The notes below the pieces were generated by a model. That model was not told the origin of the DNA, searched no databases, and saw nothing but the letters and a program-made list of their open reading frames with translations. The position numbers and the translations under genes were made by a program. A stretch of DNA of 63,093 bases, counting the filler, from Lenisia limosa (taxonomy: Eukaryota > Protista > Breviatea): NCBI GenBank assembly GCA_001655205.1. It is 23 parts of 23 records of this genome, joined end to end, with 100 filler letters (N's around TTAATTAATTAA, not from the genome) between each part and the next. Parts side by side here need not be neighbours in the genome. Positions count along the whole stretch, not along the records: positions 13,403 to 16,677 come from LPNZ01009931.1; positions 16,778 to 18,702 come from LPNZ01010829.1; positions 18,803 to 22,710 come from LPNZ01001619.1; positions 22,811 to 24,121 come from LPNZ01009358.1; positions 24,222 to 27,923 come from LPNZ01007295.1; 18 more parts are not named here. The stretch is one strand, 5' to 3'. Numbering within the stretch: the first letter of the stretch is position 1; each line of letters opens with the position of its first letter. Positions 14,233 through 27,200 of the stretch are shown here, in pieces.

Positions 14233-16296
14233 AGTGGCTTTCGAGGAATTAGAAACGCCGAAGCCGCACAAGCTGAATACCCGAAAATTCGGTCCTCCCA
14301 CTCCTCTTGACCACCAAGACGTCTTTGTTGACTTGCGTGACTGTTCTGGTGGGGGGAGGGGGGTTAGACATACATGTAGGAATTCACTTCAGTTCAACAG
14401 AAGACCGAATTTCTCGATAATCGTCGAAAACTATCGATATTTTACTGGTCTTATTTCAAACCGAAATCCCTTGACCACCAAGATTTTAATTGACTTCCGG
14501 AATTGCTCTTGTTGATTTGGGTAGAAATGAACTTTTCTTTCACCCCCACATACACACACACACAGAGAGAGAGAGAGAGACAGACACACACACACCCACA
14601 AATTCATGACATTTTAGACCTTTTAACAGTAGATGCACCCCTCACACACAGCTACCCTTTACAAAGGATACACTTCACTATGTTTTGTAATTTATCACAT
14701 TTTAGACCCCTTAACGTCTGCCGGCCGACCAGTCTTTGACACCATACCCTTTGTCAGAAATACCGTGGTAGGTTTCATGCAGTACTGTTTTATGCTTTAC
14801 AATACTTTGTTTCATTCAACACTGTGGTACTGTTTTCTGCCTGATACAGTACTTTGTTACGTTTTATGCCATGCTCTGTTAGATTTCATATCACTTTGTC
14901 GGTAACACTGTATTTGAAAAATATCATCACTGCGTGGAAAATGATAGTTCACACGTGTGCGCACACAATACCACTTTTTTTATTTGTGTTTGTGTACAGA
15001 GACCATGGTAAGTCTTGACCAACAAAATAAGATAAAATCAGTCACAAAACTTATTACGGCCATTGTATAGTAAAATTTTTTTGAAGAAATTTAATGGCAA
15101 AATTTGAAATGAAAGTAATGCTCCAGTCGCTGCTTTGTCAAACCGCATCACAGCCTTTCTGTATGGGGGTTAAGAGGGAATAAAAAATGAGCCTCATTTT
15201 TTATTCTCTTTAAAGACTGAATTCTTGATAAGCCCTAAATCCTCGATAAATTCTTGAGAAATCCTCAATAAATCCTCGATAAATCCTCAATAATCCCTCC
15301 ATAAACCCTCGACTGTATGTATTATTACTGCTACTATTTACCTCTTTTCATGCATTTCACTCCACCTAGTGTTAGAAACGGACAGTTGCCACGTCGAAGC
15401 TGCCCTTCTGCTTTCGGCAATATTGGTTGGTTTTATCCCCCCCCCCGGTACACTGGAGTGATGTGGTGTTACAGAAGCGACTGGCCTGAACTTTGTTTTG
15501 TTTTGTTGNNNNNNNNNNNNNNNNNNNNNNNNNNNNNNNNNNNNNNNNNNNNNNNNNNNNNNNNNNNNNNNNNNNNNNNNNNNNNNNNNNNNNNNNNNNN
15601 NNNNNNNNNNNNNNNNNNNNNNNNNNNNNNNNNGATTTTTGGCTTTTTTTTATTTCATAAATTTGTTTGTTTTTTTTTGGCTTTATCATCGAGATTTTCT
15701 TCATTTTACCCCCCCCCCCAGACATTCAACTCGGCAGCTGCACAAGGACGTCAAATGAACGACATTTTCATGATCGTTGTGTACCTCCTGCACAGTGGGT
15801 TTGTGATTGTTTTAAGGTTGTGGTGTAAATGGTTTACCTCTTTTTTTGTTTTTTTGCGCAGAGGATTTATGGGTTTATGTATGAGTGTATAAAGTTTGGA
15901 TATTTGTTTACCTCTTGAAAAGTGGTCTTTTCTAGACGTGATGCTGCTGCTATTAAACTATTTTTATTCAGGTTTTTTTGAATCAGCTTTATAAAAACAT
16001 ATGACGCATCATCCATTACCTCTTATAAGCGTGATGGTATGGATGGCTCCGGCCAGATACAACCTTATTTTTATTTCTCATCTCTACATATTCTTATTAG
16101 AGCTTCTCTTTCTGTTCCAATAATAGATTATATTGTCAATATTTCACATAGTATGATATATTTTGGAACCGAAAGAAGCCCATTTTCTTATCGACCACCG
16201 ACTGACCTTCAAGACGCCACTACCCCCCAGGAGTGCGCCGCCGCCGTTTCGGCCTATTCCTTTGTCTCGAACGGGCTTGCTAACGACATCACTCAG
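14233..16296 (+). CDS. Multi-exon hypothetical, probably alpha-helical protein (fragment)
   Basis: Six phase-consistent exons: VAFEELETPKPHKLNTRKFGPP..., VFDTIPFVRNTV, SLLCQTASQPF, LETDSCHVEAALLLSAIL, TFNSAAAQGRQMNDIFMIVVYLLH and ATTPQECAAAVSAYSFVSNGLANDITQ. Confidence 0.6.
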
Positions 16297-16845
16297 GTGA
16301 GTGGGGGTCTTGGAGTTACCCTTTGTGCTTCTCTCCGATACTCTGATACGAAAATATCGAATTATTTAGAGGTTTCATCAAGATATTTAGTATATCTTCT
16401 ACCTTCTACCCGAGTGAAACCTTAGTTACCTTGTCTTATTGTCGTGTTGGTCGCTAAAGATTCGCTTTCGGAACGAAAGACTGAATCGTGGATAATATCT
16501 GTGTTTTATATGTCTTTTGGAACCGAAATTTAAGCCCTAACATCCTCGAGAACTATCGATATTTACCGGTATTGTACCTCTCTTTTTGGCAAATACTACT
16601 TTATGACATAATTACTAGAGAGTTATAAGGCAAATGATTGGGTGAATTAATATTATACTATAATCCAATATCTCTTANNNNNNNNNNNNNNNNNNNNNNN
16701 NNNNNNNNNNNNNNNNNNNNNTTAATTAATTAANNNNNNNNNNNNNNNNNNNNNNNNNNNNNNNNNNNNNNNNNNNNTATGATTCTAGTTTCAATAGAGA
16801 CTTTACTGCAACACGATAGTTTCATTCCTCACACCCCCCCCCCAG

Positions 16846-18198
16846 GAACTTTATTACTGCGGCTTCCTTTTCGCCAAATGGCGAAGTAGCGGTGTGCGGC
16901 ACACTTCAGGGCAAGTGCAGCATTTATGACACTGATGTGGGGCGGTGCAAGGATATTATAGGGAGGAGTGAGATACTTCGGTTCGAAAAATACCGGAAAA
17001 ATATTGATAATTTCGAAGATTTATCGACAGATTCAGTCTTTTTTTGAACTGAAGTGAAGCCCTAGTGATCGAAAGTTCCCTCTTTTTTCTACGAGAGTAT
17101 AGAAATAGTCGGTCTTTCACAGGACCTAAGGGAAGCCTTATGATATCATATTATCAAGGGACACGAAATTTTGTGTTTTGCCACGAGTGAGTACTATATC
17201 ATTAGATGACATGCTGGGGGTGAGTGTAATCTACATAGTATAGGGGGTATTATGTGGGTCCGATTAAGTAATAATCTGTCTAGGGTCTTCGTTTTAAGCA
17301 CTCTATTGACGTGAGATCAGCTCGGGGAAAGAATAAGGTATGTTTATATCTCTCTTCACTTATTGTACGATTGTATGGACTAAGAAGTATATATGGTTTT
17401 TGAAAAAATATACGATTTGATATGAAAAGGGTATTGTTTTTATTTATTGTAGGCTATTTACAGTTAAATTGACAAGAAAGAATGAAAATTATCAAAAAAA
17501 AAGGGGGGAATTGAATTAATGANNNNNNNNNNNNNNNNNNNNNNNNNNNNNNNNNNNNNNNNNNNNNNNNNNNNNNNNNNNNNNNNNNNNNNNNNNNNNN
17601 NNNNNNNNNNNNNNNNNNNNNNNNNNNNNNNNNNNNNNNNNNNNNNNNNTAGCGTTGTTTTCCTCCTCTATTTCACACCACACCATGCATCACCATTCAG
17701 ATTGGCCAAAAGGTGACCGGAGTGGAGGTATCTCCGAACAGCAAGACGGTCCTGGTATCCTCTAATGACTCGCGAATTAGACTTTATTCCCTTGAAAACT
17801 ACCAGCAGGTCGGCTGGTCAAACACACAGCTCCCATTCTTTGGCTTTGTTCTCTCATATATTTTACAATTTTAAATTCATCGAAATTTCCTTTGTTTTAC
17901 TCTCTCTCCCCCCCCCCCAGATTCAGAAATTTAAGGGTCATGTCAACCGAGAAAGCCAAATTCGTGCCATGTTCTCGTTTGAGGGTGCTATTGGGACTCT
18001 ATGCTTCCTCATGAATTTCATTAATTTATAAATTTAAGTATCATGTCTGATAAATAGCGATGTTGTCTTTTTGCAAGTAAAATGAGTCGCTTTTGTCTCT
18101 CGGCTGAAGTATCGCCTCACCCTCCGCAGGGATGATGGCAAATACGTCATATCCGGGTCAGAAAACCAGCAAACGTTTATTTGGAGTGTAGAGAACAA
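16846..18198 (+). CDS. WDR44: WDR44/Rab11BP-like WD40 protein, C-terminal repeats
   Basis: Exons give FITAASFSPNGEVAVCGTLQGKCSIYDT, KVTGVEVSPNSKTVLVSSNDSRIRLYSL, KFKGHVNRESQIRAMFS and DGKYVISGSENQQTFIWS, matching the recalled WDR44 motifs SNDSRIRLYD and N-x-x-SQI-x-A-x-FS. Confidence 0.85.
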
Positions 18199-19513
18199 GT
18201 AGGGAGGNNNNNNNNNNNNNNNNNNNNNNNNNNNNNNNNNNNNNNNNNNNNNNNNNNNNNNNNNNNNNNNNNNNNNNNNNNNNNNNNNNNNNTCGTTTTG
18301 GAACCGCAATTTACTGGAGCAGGTATGGTCAGACAGGTTCGCGATTTATGCCGAAAAGCATGTCATCCCAACGATCCGACCACAACACGTCTTTTGAGTG
18401 TTTTAAAGGTTGGTTGTATTATATACCAGACGTCATAAACANNNNNNNNNNNNNNNNNAATTCTCGATAAATTCGCGATAAATATCGATATTATTTTGAT
18501 TATCTTTTTCGACCGTAGGGAAGCTAATTATAACATTTATCACTCACCCCACAGCCAACCAGTCATCAGTCACATGCGCACGGTTTGCACCAAAAGGCAC
18601 TTGTGAGGTATGTCAATAAAACGGGTTTTGCCTTGAACACCAATTCAAGATTCCTTATTTTGACACTCTTAGCACAATCCTTTTGCCAGCCAGGTACTTC
18701 AANNNNNNNNNNNNNNNNNNNNNNNNNNNNNNNNNNNNNNNNNNNNTTAATTAATTAANNNNNNNNNNNNNNNNNNNNNNNNNNNNNNNNNNNNNNNNNN
18801 NNCCCCCCCCCCCCCCTAAAAGGCCTATCTTTAGTGATCTTATGGTAGTTTTCCTAGATTTCTAATACTATAATTATTTCTCGTGTTCAAAAAAAGTGAT
18901 CTACTCCCTTAGCTGTCCAACCCCCCCACCCTCAGAGACTGGATGCGGGTGAACTCCCGGCCAATCCGCCGCTTTCTGGCTCGGAGAAGGTCCTGGCATT
19001 GTCAGCACATACGCCTAATAAATATCGATGTGATAAATCGTGGTAACTGTTGGTAAATTCGATTAAAATGGATATTTTTTTTATCAATTTCGACAGTGAG
19101 CAAGAATTGCTAATGCCAGGTCTTCTCTTAGATGACAGTTATTCGATAAATGACAAGATTATTCCATGCGATATATAAAGGGACTAACGGTGGAGACTGG
19201 TAAAATATCAATAGTTTTCGGGGATTCATCTTAGAATGTAGTCCTTTTTTGGACCAAAGTGAACCAGGACAAATCAAACAACAATTGATATCTAAGACAT
19301 CTTGGTAAATCTGTCATCGCTATCATCTTCTGATATTTCATTTATATATCTGTCCCAAAATATCTCCACAAAACCGTTTCCCGTCCATAAGATATCTGTT
19401 GGTGCATAAAAGATAGTTGTAAGTTAACTAGCAAAAAGGAAAAGGAATACAAGATATACCCAAAGACTTATGTCAAACCAACACTCAACCGCCAGAGGCA
19501 CAACTCCGTGTAA

Positions 19514-19927
19514 TCAGCAAACCTTTTGACGTTGACGTTTGTACTTAATCGCAAGACCAAAGCCGATGGCTGAAAGGCCGGCAACGGCAATGGTCAGCAT
19601 TGGCAGCCACGAGAAGGATGATGACGGGGCCGGTGGTGGCGGTGGTGGAGCAACAGGGATCCCTTGGAGCTGAGCATAACGTGAGGTTAGCGTTCGACAG
19701 AAAGACCTCCATATGATGCGTGAGTACTCTCTAGGGTTGGTTTTGAAGTCATGAAGAAAGACTGACAGGGCCGAGATCAAGCTGTTGTAGTGAGCGACGA
19801 CGAGATTGATGTTGTCCTCCGTTGACCGGTCGCTTTGGACGTAATAAGCGGCAAAGGAGTGAGCTCGATCGCGGTAGACCCGCATGGAGGTGAGGAAGGC
19901 GCCATGTTGCCAGTTATCAGACATCAT
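19514..19927 (-). CDS. Intronless hypothetical tail-anchored membrane protein
   Basis: 137-aa GC-balanced ORF with a Pro-rich linker, a C-terminal hydrophobic segment (LPMLTIAVAGLSAIGFGLAI) and a basic tail (KYKRQRQK). Confidence 0.65.
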   Translation of the reverse strand: MMSDNWQHGAFLTSMRVYRDRAHSFAAYYVQSDRSTEDNINLVVAHYNSLISALSVFLHDFKTNPREYSRIIWRSFCRTLTSRYAQLQGIPVAPPPPPPAPSSSFSWLPMLTIAVAGLSAIGFGLAIKYKRQRQKVC

Positions 19928-21009
19928 GCTTGTTTGTTTGGCTTTTTCTTCATTCTTCTTCTAGTAGGAGGTTGAATAGAGGTTCATTCAACAAAGTGGG
20001 CTATTCATTGGGCTAAGGCTATTTTCGCTATATCAAGGCGAAACCGGGAACCGGCAGCTGCCGGCAGAAACTTAACAGCACAAACGCGCCCTTGTCCTAC
20101 ACACGCGTGGCGCGCAGCATTAGTCTCAACAACCCAGACCATAATCAAACAGTCCCAGCTTGCAGTCGGCAGCTTTGGCCGTGTCTTCTTTCTTCACCTC
20201 TTCTCTGCCTGTCTGTTGTGGTGGAAAGAGTGTGAGGGGATGTGGCTGGTTTTTTTTTGCCATAACCTAGCCACAACAGTCTAGCCATGGGTTTAAGTAC
20301 CACCAACCACTAGACCCAACAAAGGCTCCAAAAAAACGTGCAAAAAACTCCAAAAAATCCAAAAACAAGAAAAAGGAAAAGCGGGAAGGGGAAAGCGAAG
20401 CGTAAGCATTAATCTGCCGCCGAGGAATGCCCTCTCCCGCCTTGCCTCCGCCTTGCCACCTCTTCTGGCTTCTTCTTCTCTCCTCTCCCCCTTTATTATC
20501 AATCACATAATTTAGAGTAGGTGGTAGAGGCGTTAGAGACAGTCCCCTTGTAGTTTTGTGGTGAAGTGTCATCAATCACCAGATTATCGCGGCAATACTT
20601 TACAGTCTAAAACAACGGAGCATTTAGTGATATGGTGGCAGTAATCAAGTTGCTGTTGGTGGTAGCCACCCTGTCGTCATCTCTATTTGTCTCCTCAGCA
20701 GATAATGAGTTCAAATGTCGTGATTGTTGGGTGGGGACTGTAATTATTCTGAAAATACTTGGTGCATGGTTTACTCTGAATTCTTGATAAAACGATAAAA
20801 CCTTGATTTCATGATCTTTTGGAAGCAAAAGTGAGTCTCAACATTGTTTCGCATTTTACTCAGTAATTTCCCCGTAACTCACACGCTGCCACTGAGATGT
20901 ATTTGTATTGTCCTCGCAGTGATGATAAAAAAGACAATAAAGTCGTTTATCAAATAAACAACAAAATTACAACTACTGAAACTAAGGCAGAAAATACAAG
21001 CTGAACCAC

Positions 21010-21323
21010 CAAAGTGAACGCTATTAAGGACATTGCTACAGAAAATTTCTTCGGTGTAAGAACAATGAAGATCCGCTTCTTCGCAGAGTTCTACATCTTC
21101 AGGACACTTGAATTGGCATTCAATTTTCTTGTCTTCGTCAGACCAGTCACACTTTTTCTTCTCTTCAGCTCGCATATAATTCCATGCAGCCAAGGTGTAG
21201 TCTTTTAACGAAAATCCATCCTTGAATAATGAGAATCATAAAATGAACAAACCTCGTTCGTGGTGCATCCCATTCTAATTGACATAACATCACAGAAGTT
21301 CTCCTCATCTTTCAGTGGGATTA
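21010..21323 (-). CDS. Cys-rich hypothetical protein (two exons identified)
   Basis: Exons 21253-21323 (IPLKDEENFCDVMSIRMGCTTNE) and 21010-21220 (DGFSLKDYTLAAWNYMRAEEKKKCDWS...ECQFKCPEDVELCEEADLHCSYTEEIFCSN) join in phase 0. Confidence 0.45.
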
Positions 21324-22180
21324 CTAAAAAGTGAAAATATACACCTTTTTTTAATGTGTCTCTAGAATCACTATATTATAGAATATATAGTTGAATAGTG
21401 ACAATGAAAGAATGTAAGTAGAAGTTATATCAGATGATTCAACAAGACAAGGGTATGTATGGAGTGGAGTTGCAAGTTGGGTGGGGTTGGCAAGAGGGGG
21501 GGGGGNNNNNNNNNNNNNNNNNNNNNNNNNNNNNNNNNNNNNNNNNNNNNNNNNNNNNNNNNNNNNNNNNNNNNNNNNNNNNNNNNNNNNNGACAGAAGC
21601 GGTCCACTCACTTACGCAAGTTAAGCCATATGGCATATTAATTATAGACATGCTCTTTATTGAATTTTTGAATATAAACGGGAAACGGGCCAACATGTTA
21701 CGTTGTCGTAGCGTAAAAATGGAGGGGAGCTTATGCATATTATTTCCACAGGTCCATCCACACTATTACTATTATCTGTTTTTATTTAATCAACAAAAAA
21801 AATATATCTCTTTATTTATAGCAGCAACAGAGAGAGCTCTTTTCTCTTTTCATCTATTCATACTTAAATGTTTAACTATTGATTTTTTCCCCCACTCTTT
21901 TTTTTTCAAGGTGAGTGTGTGCTGGTGTAGTTAATCCATGGATAATCTATTGGGAATCTAAAGAATCTATTGGATCTCTTTAAAACAATATCTATTGAAT
22001 ATCTGAATATCCGTGAAAATTGAGATTACACATGTATACTATGTAATTTCTATCCTTCACAATGCCCAAGGAAAAGTAGAAGCTTGGAATATAGACTAAA
22101 GTAGAAACCAGAAGAACAAATTGGAATAACAGGAAACAACGATACACACCACCATCAACCACAACATGTCGAAAAGAGCA

Positions 22181-22615
22181 CTAGAGCATAGCAGTAGACA
22201 AGTTGGCAACTTGGCTGTACGACTGCTGTTGGTACTTCTTGACAATCGCCTTGAATGAGCTACCTCGCATCTTCTTCAGCAAGTCAATCTGGGAGGGAGG
22301 GGGGAGGGGGTGAAACGAAGGAAATTTCGATGAAGAATATTGGTGTAAGTAAAGGTAAAATCAGAAAACTTAAAATTAAATTCCTATTTAATCATGACAG
22401 GACTATTTCGGACTTTAATCATGACAGGACTATTTCGGACTTAATCATGACAGGACTATTTCGGACTTTAATCATGACAGGACTATTTCGGACTTTAATC
22501 ATGACAGGACTATTTCGGACTTTAGAGTATAATATGTACGCTAACTCACCATAATAAGGGAACAAGGCTTAATATCCTCCTCAGTGCATCGAGAGTAGTG
22601 TGTCAGAGTTGAGTT
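22181..22615 (-). CDS. A/B-type cyclin, last two exons (Cyclin_C domain)
   Basis: Exon 22550-22615 (NSTLTHYSRCTEEDIKPCSLIM) and exon 22181-22288 (IDLLKKMRGSSFKAIVKKYQQQSYSQVANL...TAG) match the cyclin C-terminal pattern TL-x-HY-x4-EEDL-x-PC...KAV-x-KKY. Confidence 0.75.
22387..22520. repeat. 27-bp minisatellite, 5 copies (TTTAATCATGACAGGACTATTTCGGAC)
   Basis: Head-to-tail units without spacers inside the cyclin intron. One unit lacks a T. Confidence 0.95.
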
Positions 22616-22810
22616 CTGGGAATTAGAGGAATGCTAAGGTGTTTGAGGCAATAGTAGTAAGTGGAAGAGAGAGACAAGAGAGCAGTAAGCGAACGAGGGT
22701 GGGGTTAACANNNNNNNNNNNNNNNNNNNNNNNNNNNNNNNNNNNNNNNNNNNNTTAATTAATTAANNNNNNNNNNNNNNNNNNNNNNNNNNNNNNNNNN
22801 NNNNNNNNNN

Positions 22811-24062
22811 ACGGAGAGAGACGCGCGAAGGGCCCTCAAGTTTTCCAATCAACACATTGGGAAGCGCTACATTGTGGTGTGGCTGTCGACCGTTGAGGAC
22901 ATGATGAAGGCTGAATACGAGACGTCGAGTCGGACCCATCGCTGCCAACAGATTTCGCCAGAACTTCTTGCTGACGTAGGCAATTCTCTCTTCCCGTAGT
23001 TGCCCATGCAGAAGCGACTGGCCTGGACTTTGTTCGTTTTGTTGTTATCAAAGGGCAAATGATTGGGTGAATTACTATAATCCAATATCGCTTCTAAGCG
23101 TGAGTGTGTGTGGACGGCTTTGGCCAGATACAACCTTTTTTTAATATTATTTCTCATTGCTATACATAATCGGACTCTGTAGCTTGAGGCCGAGTGCCTG
23201 TCCAGTGAGAAGAACTTCACACAACTCTGTCACCTCGTCCGCGACTTTCCCTCCAAACTCCCTCTGCACATCAAGAACTGTCTGTTCCAAACCATTACAA
23301 AGGTACTGAAAGGGGCTGGAGTTCAGAAATGTTCTCGTTCTACTCCCCCACCCCCCNNNNNNNNNNTGGCCATTTTTGTTTCATAATTTATCCATTTACA
23401 CAAAGTTGATTTTGGGCTTTAGTTTCATAAATTTTCCAATTTTATTCCCCCCAGGTATGCAAGCAAGTCCTGCAGGAAAGCGACGTCCTCCCACCATTCG
23501 CCCTCCCGGTCGCCATCCGCTGCCTCAACCAGGCCCTTTCCCGGGACGCGTTTGCTGAGAGGCAGCAATCCATCGTTGGGGGGGGGGGGGTAATCGNNNN
23601 NNNNNNNNNNNNNNNNNNNNNNNNNNNNNNNNNNNNNNNNNNNNNNNNNNNNNNNNNNNNNNNNNNNNNNNNNNNNNNNNNNNNNNNNNNNNNNNNNNNN
23701 NNNNNNNTATCGGGAAATTCAATCTTTTTTGGGACCGTAGGGAAGCCCTAATTATTTCATATCATATGTAATGTTGTGTTGGGATTCAGACTCGCAATAT
23801 TCAGATGCCTTATTCCAGAGTATACATACCAAAAAAAAACACAAGCAGCCTTATTACCTTTCCAGAGTATACATAAAAAATAAAATAAAAACACAAGCAC
23901 ACCTTCGAACAGCATTTTTATCCCTTTTCGTTCGCAGGTCTGTCCTCACTTCTTTCAGATGCAGAATATCCTGAGGGACTTGAAGGCGATTAGCCGTGAC
24001 CCTTCACTGGCCTCGCAGATCCCCCAGGCCAGTCACCCACAACGCATCTACAACAATATGAA
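22811..24062 (+). CDS. hnRNP F/H/ESRP-like quasi-RRM protein (fragment)
   Basis: Exon 22811-22975 (TERDARRALKFSNQHIGKRYIVVWLSTVEDM) matches the qRRM C-terminal motif A-L-K-x3-HIG-x-RYIEV. Three further phase-0 exons follow (23183-23302, 23455-23574, 23959-24062). Confidence 0.65.
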
Positions 24063-24221
24063 GTGGGAGGCTCTTTTATTATTATTTTAGTTTGGTACCA
24101 ATATTATGAAGTGTGAGTGTGNNNNNNNNNNNNNNNNNNNNNNNNNNNNNNNNNNNNNNNNNNNNTTAATTAATTAANNNNNNNNNNNNNNNNNNNNNNN
24201 NNNNNNNNNNNNNNNNNNNNN

Positions 24222-27200
24222 GAGGCGGTACAAGAGGTTCGCCTGAGAGAGGCCCAGCCAAGCAAAGTGAGTTGGCTGAGTGTTGCATTTAGGGTTTCAC
24301 TTCAGAAACTCGGGAAAATTTCGATAGTTCAAGGATTTATCGAGACATTCAGTCTTTTTTCGAACCGAAGTGATTCTAGTTGCATTCCTACCAATAACAA
24401 CAATTGTCTTTTCTTTCAAGAGAAATCTTTTTCCGTCCATTGCCATAACTCCCTGCCAGCCTCTGACGATGTGCTGTTCCAGTCGCGCCTTGCATGGGCC
24501 ATGGGCACTGCTACTAAGACTGCCAGCAGCGCAGCCAAGAAACCTGCTACCCCCTCTTCTTCAGGATTTGGAACTGCTTCTTCTTCAGGATTTGGAACGA
24601 CTTCTTCTTCTTCAGGATTTGGCCAGGCCTCTTCTGCAAAGGTATGGAGATGTACTGTACAACAATTGATATTTTCTGATATCAGCCTCCTTTGCAACAA
24701 GATTACGATATCATACATATATATCATATCTCATAATAGATATCTTATTATTTGATATGAAATATGAAGCGGGTTACAGCTCAGCTTTGCTATTGTTTTG
24801 GATTTGACCGTTTCAGCCGCCAACGTTCTCACGTTCTACTGTGAAGAGCACAACTTCGACGCCTTGTCTTGCAACCCCGACAAAGGCCACAAACCAGTCC
24901 TTTAGTACCTCCTCTGCCATGTTCAGTAGTACAAGCTGGTGGGGGGAGGGGGGCTATTCAGCGTTTGTATCAAATGCACAGCTTCATTTCGGTTCGAAAA
25001 AAGACTGAATTTCTTGATAAATCCTCGAAAATTATCGATTTTTTACCGGCCTTTTTCGAACCGAAGTGAAGACCTACAGTATTCCACCAACCATTGAAAT
25101 GTCGAAGATACCCTTGAACTCATGCTATAGGAACGGCTTCGGCCAGATACAACCTTGTTTTTTATTTCTCATTGCTATTATAGGAACGACCCTCTTGAGA
25201 AAGGTGCAAAAAAGGACCCCTGTAGGAGAACAAATCATATTTCTCTCATGTTTTTTGAAATAAAATGGAGTAATCACCTGAGACACAATATTCTTCACTC
25301 TATTCACTCGCTTAGTTGCCACTCCTACTCAGCCCAAAACCAGTGCTGCAAAGGTGACACCCCGTGTCACCCCGGCCAAGGTCACCCCGGCTCCAAAACG
25401 GCAAGCTTCTCGAGTCCCTTCACAGCCCAAACCAGCATCCCAAGCAACACCTACCCCCAAGCCCAAACCAGCTGCAACGTCAACACCAAAACCGACCACT
25501 CCCGCCCAATGTTTGCCATGCAATTGTTTTTATGAGCTCTAATGATTTCGGGGGGGGGGGGNNNNNNNNNNNNNNNNNNNNNNNNNNNNNNNNNNNNNNN
25601 NNNNNNNNNNNNNNNNNNNNNNNNNNNNNNNNNNNNNNNNNNNNNNNNNNNNNNNNNNNNNNNNNNNNNNGTTACCAGCCAATACTGAGGTTCATGATGG
25701 CGCCTGAGGAGAAGAAGAAGCCCATGATCTTGGACCTTCTGTCAGCGTTCCCGTCGAATGTGGTGGTGTTCGTCCGCAACAACAATCGCCTTAAGAACGT
25801 CCACACCTTCTTGAAGTCCAAGAGCATCTCGTCCGCTGCAATGAGTCCCCTTCAAGATGAACCGTTGAAGTTGGGGGGGGGGGGGGGGNNNNNNNNNNNN
25901 NNNNNNNNNNNNNNNNNNNNNNNNNNNNNNNNNNNNNNNNNNNNNNNNNNNNNNNNNNNNNNNNNNNNNNNNNNNNNNNNNNNNNNNNNNNNNNNNNNNN
26001 NNNNNNNNNNNNNNNNNNNNNNNNNNNNNNNNNNNNNNNNNNNNNNNNNNNNNNTTCTTCTTTGTTTTTAATAAATTGTCATTATTCCCCGCAGCACGCA
26101 GGCAGTAGAAAGCTTCAAAACTGGATTAGCGGGTGTCCTAATTTGTACCCACTCTTTGCTTTACAACATCGCCGACCCTGTGCGGGTTGTTGTGTTCCTG
26201 GATGTCCCTGTGTCCAATATATTGCTTCAAAACGGCGTCAACACTGCCAAGGTAAGGCAAGCTTCCACAATGGTTCGGCAATAGAGGCAATATGATGGGT
26301 TTTTTTTGTTGTTTAAAAACCAGCAATGGTGATGTTGGAGTGATGGGATGCGGTGCTGTAGAAGCGACTTGCCTGGGCTTTGTNNNNNNNNNNNNNNNNN
26401 NNNNNNNNNNNNNNNNNNNNNNNNNNNNNNNNNNNNNNNNNNNNNNNNNNNNNNNNNNNNNNNNNNNNNNNNNNNNNNNNNNNNNNNNNNNNNNNNNNNN
26501 NNNNNNNNNCAAGCCCCAAGGTACACGGGAATGTGGTCTACTGACGATTATTCTCATCGTTGAGTTTAGGGGTGATATTTGTCAAGGATGATTATTCGTC
26601 TTTTTGGGGCAAAATGAAGCATTGATTCTTTGGAAAACAATATTGCTCATCTCTGACCATTCCTGTAGAAACGTTCCAATCCCTCCGAGGCAGCGGTTCT
26701 AAGCCCTCAACCACCGCTTCCGCTAGCAGTGTTCTTAAGTCGTCTGCTAAGCCTACTCCCAAGCCTTCCCGTATTACCCCTCCAACCCCTAACCCCACAC
26801 CTGCTACTAAAGTAAAACCCTCTCCTGCAGCCAAGCCAGCCACCTCGAAACACAGGATTACTGCCCATCAGGCGCCGCCAAAAAAGACCAAAACCCGGTC
26901 GAGGGCCAAGTCTGGGCCTCTTACGGTTGGAGTGCTTGTCGATATACTTAAGCCATATAAAAGAATTCTTCCATATATTGAAAGAAGTCATTTTAACGAA
27001 TTCCCACTTTCACATAAACGACGCTATATTAACCATATCAACGAATTACATATTGACAAGCCATATAAACCATAAACCATATCAACGAATCACGAATTCC
27101 TCCATATACTGAAGCCATATCAACGAATTTCGTTTTGACTATTCGTTTCCTTTCGAATTCTGACTTAATTTGTTTTCGGTATCCCGATGTATTCATTTGT

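Noticed and set aside
22387-22520. 27-bp repeat array as a CRISPR locus
   Set aside because: The units are contiguous with no spacers, lie in a eukaryotic intron, and no cas genes are present.
23053-23165. Family D as a Helitron 3' end
   Set aside because: The hairpin stem is only 3 bp and lies about 40 nt from the end, with no consistent CTRR terminus or A/T insertion site.
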